The notes below the pieces were generated by a model, which did not search any database, was not told the origin of the DNA, and saw only the letters and a list, made by a program, of their open reading frames with translations. From positions 1 to 25,269 of the IMG/VR virus record IMGVR_UViG_3300032116_001212: a stretch of 25,269 bases of DNA. The stretch is one strand, 5' to 3'. The stretch comes from a virus. Taxonomy: Duplodnaviria; Caudoviricetes. Below, one piece after another: positions 24,827 to 25,269 of the stretch. The first letter of the stretch is position 1; every line of letters begins with the position of its first letter. Position numbers and translations under genes: made by a program.

Positions 24827-25269
24827 TAACATTCTCCATAACTTTTTCCATATCCTGATTCGCAGTTAAGCGGTAAGTCCGGTGCCCATTCAGGCCGCAG
24901 CTTCATACACAACTCGACAAACTCCTGCGCAGTTTCAACTTCTCCCTCCGGCACGATACAAGCAACAGCATCATGCACCGTCATAACAACCTTGTACTTC
25001 TTGGCTATCATCAGCATTTGCTTACCGATTGCTATGCGGGCTAGGGCTTGGCAAACGTTCTCTGTTACCTTGCCGCCGTATATCCTATTCGGTATGGTTG
25101 CTTTCCCCCTCTTTGTATCGTACACCATCTCCGTTTTGCCGTCATCATTTGTGACCTTGCGCAAGTGCGGGTATTTAACGCGCATGCCGTTTGGTAAAAG
25201 AATGCCTTGCAGCCCGTCAATTTTTAAGACGCCATCCCTACCCAACTCCCCCGCCTGATTGCTCATGAT
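24826..25269 (-). CDS. family A DNA polymerase, C-terminal fragment (5' truncated by the window)
   Basis: LPNG..V.YP, IYGGKVTENVCQALAR, motif C MTVHDAV, and P.WAPDLPL.CE.G.G.SY. The frame is open to the window edge. Confidence 0.9.
   Translation of the reverse strand: MMSNQAGELGRDGVLKIDGLQGILLPNGMRVKYPHLRKVTNDDGKTEMVYDTKRGKATIPNRIYGGKVTENVCQALARIAIGKQMLMIAKKYKVVMTVHDAVACIVPEGEVETAQEFVELCMKLRPEWAPDLPLNCESGYGKSYGEC

Noticed and set aside
16728-25258. + strand ORFs over the replication arm
   Set aside because: Antisense shadows of motif-bearing - strand genes with no independent support.
1-25269. Prophage boundary, diversity-generating retroelement, intron/intein or alternative genetic code
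   Set aside because: No integrase, att-like junction, reverse transcriptase, long near-duplicate repeat or splicing motifs were noticed. Long ORFs are intact under the standard code, and TAA, TGA and TAG all appear as stops.

Overview
A ~25 kb segment of a tailed dsDNA phage, most consistent with a podovirus-type Caudoviricetes of the kind common in aquatic metagenomes; no host genes, integrase, tRNA or CRISPR array are visible. There are two convergent, tightly packed gene blocks. The + strand (1-16418) is the late/virion arm: the Gly-rich C-terminus of a tail adhesin, a hypothetical gene, two 2OG-Fe(II) oxygenases, a holin (missed by the ORF track) and GH108 endolysin, a tail nozzle/stabilisation protein, a C1q-like tail protein, two 'GNAT-like gene + internal virion protein' pairs, and a 1945-aa ejection-type protein with an HExxH metallopeptidase motif and a PLxRFG-like region. 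The - strand (16486-25269) is the replication arm: family A DNA polymerase (truncated), HTH protein, Cas4-like PD-(D/E)XK nuclease, HNH-like protein, SNF2-like helicase, putative SSB, Cro-like HTH and an AEP primase/DUF927 helicase fusion. The best lead is non-coding. A ~70-nt structured RNA at the operon junction (16401-16471, - strand) carries anti-Shine-Dalgarno CUCC motifs, and its loop is complementary to the translation-start regions of three replication-arm genes. There is also a ~180-nt structured leader behind a sigma70 promoter overlapped by a palindrome, and a terminator directly in front of an SD-less primase gene. Protein family calls come from motif recognition by eye, not database searches.
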